Shown: piece after piece, positions 46,421 through 48,833 of the stretch
Numbering within the stretch: position 1 is the stretch's first letter
How the letters are laid out: every line of letters starts with the position of its first letter
Assembly (NCBI RefSeq): GCF_001194135.2
Contig: NC_068982.1
Coordinates: 131,995,132 to 132,043,964, forward strand
Origin: Octopus bimaculoides
Lineage: Eukaryota
Reading direction: 5' to 3'
Length of the DNA: 48,833 nucleotides
Position numbers and translations under genes: made by a program
Notes under the pieces: model-generated
Databases searched by the model: none
Seen by the model: only the letters and a program-made list of their open reading frames with translations
What the model was told of the DNA's origin: nothing

Positions 46421-47899
46421 AACTGTTTCCTAGCTCCAAACATTTGATCTCATACCTGTTGAACTGATGAATAAATGTTTTGCACCCCTACAAGTGCTCC
46501 AATTTCATTGAGATCAAAATTGCCTTCCAAGGCATGAGGACAACCATGAAATATATTTTTATATTAGCGCATTGAATTACAGATGTGTAATATGTAGTAA
46601 TATAACGAAGCACAATATCATATTACGCAGTAGCTGCTGATGGTGATGATGTTGTTGTTAGTCTTAGTTTGGTCCAAAATGATCAGACTCATAGCCTTTA
46701 AGTTCCAGCCAAGCCGACTTTCTCTTTCTCTTAACCACTGCACATCTACTTCATGACTGCAGAATATAGTTTGTGAGATATTTGGTTGCTCTCATTAGCA
46801 GATCGAGCTTCCATATAGAGCCCCTCTCTTTGATTCCATTGTGGAAATGTGTTTTAATTTGGTATATTTATATTTTAGTAATTTATTCATTGTTAAGAAT
46901 GCTGCGTTACAGTATCTCATTCCGGTTTTTAGCATTAGTTAATTTACCTCCAAGTCCTACTTAAATGGCTTTTAGTTCACGTGGAGTAAAAGGAGCTACT
47001 TGTTTTGTCATGCGGTATGTCACGCTGATTTTGCTTGAGAAGCGTACCATAAAACACTGTACTAAGAGTACACGTGTTTATGGAATATTCAACTCACTTA
47101 ATGAGTCTGCTTGTTTGAAATGTTGAAAACTCATGGTAGGAAATTTGAACCGCGATTCATTCAATAATAGAATGTAAACTAGTAAGGGATAGATTATTGA
47201 ACAGTTACAATATTTTCATGCTCAGACGTATTCTTCATTATCACCAATTATTCCATATATATTTGATTCCTTTCTTTCATAGAATTTAGGTGCTCCATCT
47301 GTTGGACGAGGGAATATTACGATAATTGTTACGGCGAAATGCAATTATGTTACATTTTTCAACTGAATCTTTAATTCAATGCGGTGGATGCGGTTGTAGT
47401 GGTGAATATCTGCCGTTTAATGATTAGGATTCAACTGTTCGATCCTGAATAAATGTGTATGTGGTTGAGTATTCCAAAGGCACATGTATCCTTAACATAA
47501 TTCTCAGGCAGAATCAATCCGCTCGACACAAGTTATTGGACAAAGCGTTACCTTTTGAGTTACAGACACAATCAACTCGATGGGCTTCTATATCGTTTCT
47601 GCTTACCAAATTTCACTCACAAGGTATGCGCCGTTCTAAGGTGATAGAAAAAGCCACGCAGTAGCTCGAACCCTGGTTCTCGTGATTGCGAACCACTCGT
47701 CTTAACCAGTCAACCATATTGTACTTATGCTTGTAATAAATGTCATTGCAGTGTCAGATGTTTGCTTCATATGATTTCTAATTCTGATTAATAAGGATTA
47801 ATTTTATTATTATTTCGTATCGTGTGACAGATTGCTTTATGCAAAAGGTGTAATCGATTTAATTAATTTATGGGTAAAGTGTTGTCAATTTAATTATTT

Positions 47900-48080
47900 C
47901 ATAGAAGGAGTGTAGTCGAATTAATTAGCTTCCAGTAAATTATTGATACTTGTTTTATTAATCTTGGATTGTTGAATGAAAGTATCTAGCCAGGTGGGAT
48001 TTGAACTCAGAACTCAAAGGGATTTTGACTAAAATCAGCAATATATTATCTCCCGTGCTTTGCCAATTTTATCAGCTTAC
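47900..48080 (-). mobile_element. SINE family A, diverged copy
   Basis: TAGTCGAATTAATT..GATACTTGTTTTATT..GGGATTTGAACTCAGAAC. Confidence 0.55.
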
Positions 48081-48833
48081 TAACCTTATAGAAATATAAT
48101 TAATTAATTATAATTAAAAGTTGATTAATATGATACCCTTGGAGAAATATTTTTACGTGCGAATGCAAGCATTAATACACACATGCACACACACACAGAC
48201 ACACATATGCACACGCACACAAACACACACACATATGGTGTGCGCGTGCGTTTGTAAATTAATGGAATCTAGTATGCGCATCACCTAACGGATACTTTGG
48301 GATTCTTTGATTGCGCAGTCGTCCGGTTTATGCGCCGGAGAAAATATGCCTCATCTGGCAGAAAGGGGGACGAGATGAATCAGTTGCTCTTCATAATTTT
48401 ACCATCCATCAAAAGAAATCCTCTGAGAGGAAGCTCCTTAATGGAAAAACAAGTCAACAAATCGAGAATAAACATGGACAATAAAGACAAAATGACTGTA
48501 CTCGAGCACCTCCTCTGTATGTATATTTCTATATATAGAAAAAGGCTCAGCTATTAGCTAAAAAATCAATACAGATGCTTCTTAACACAACTCGCAATAC
48601 ATCTGTATGTGATGATAATGCGGCGCTCTATTTATATAAACAGAGCCATAATAAAAGTGTAACCCAAAATACATTTGGAAAACAAGTATTTATATCGGAA
48701 TAATTATCAATCCTTTGAGCTTGCATGTGTTTCTATATGTACACACACACACACATGCACACACACACATGCACACACACACACACACACACACACACTA
48801 ATACACACAAACATACACACACATGTCTATATA

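Overview
AT-rich, repeat-dense eukaryotic non-coding DNA with eight assembly gaps (23694-24029, 24933-24969, 29237-29768, 33090-33165, 33811-33820, 34443-34958, 35626-36029, 37618-38136), most abutting (TA)n. The SINE families and the AC/AT/AGAT/ATT microsatellite load look like Octopus (coleoid cephalopod); this is recognition from memory, not a database result. I found no intact protein-coding gene, host coding exon, tRNA, rRNA or CRISPR array. Nearly all supplied ORFs are microsatellite or N-gap artefacts. What can be supported: many copies of at least four tRNA-headed SINE families (my labels A-D), several with target-site duplications (TSDs) and tandem or inverted arrays; two mariner relics (one internally deleted with both TIRs and DD35D spacing, one Hsmar1-like); a 1.7 kb RTE-clade reverse-transcriptase relic interrupted by a TSD-flanked SINE; weak R4/Dong-like relics; and hammerhead-ribozyme-like motifs typical of Penelope-like element (PLE) termini. 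The best lead is a minimal type I hammerhead at 38296-38331 (minus strand). I see no evidence for a wholly new biological system. The leads concern retroelement RNA structure, SINE targeting and possible non-coding exons. Most repeat boundaries are approximate (about 10-20 bp).
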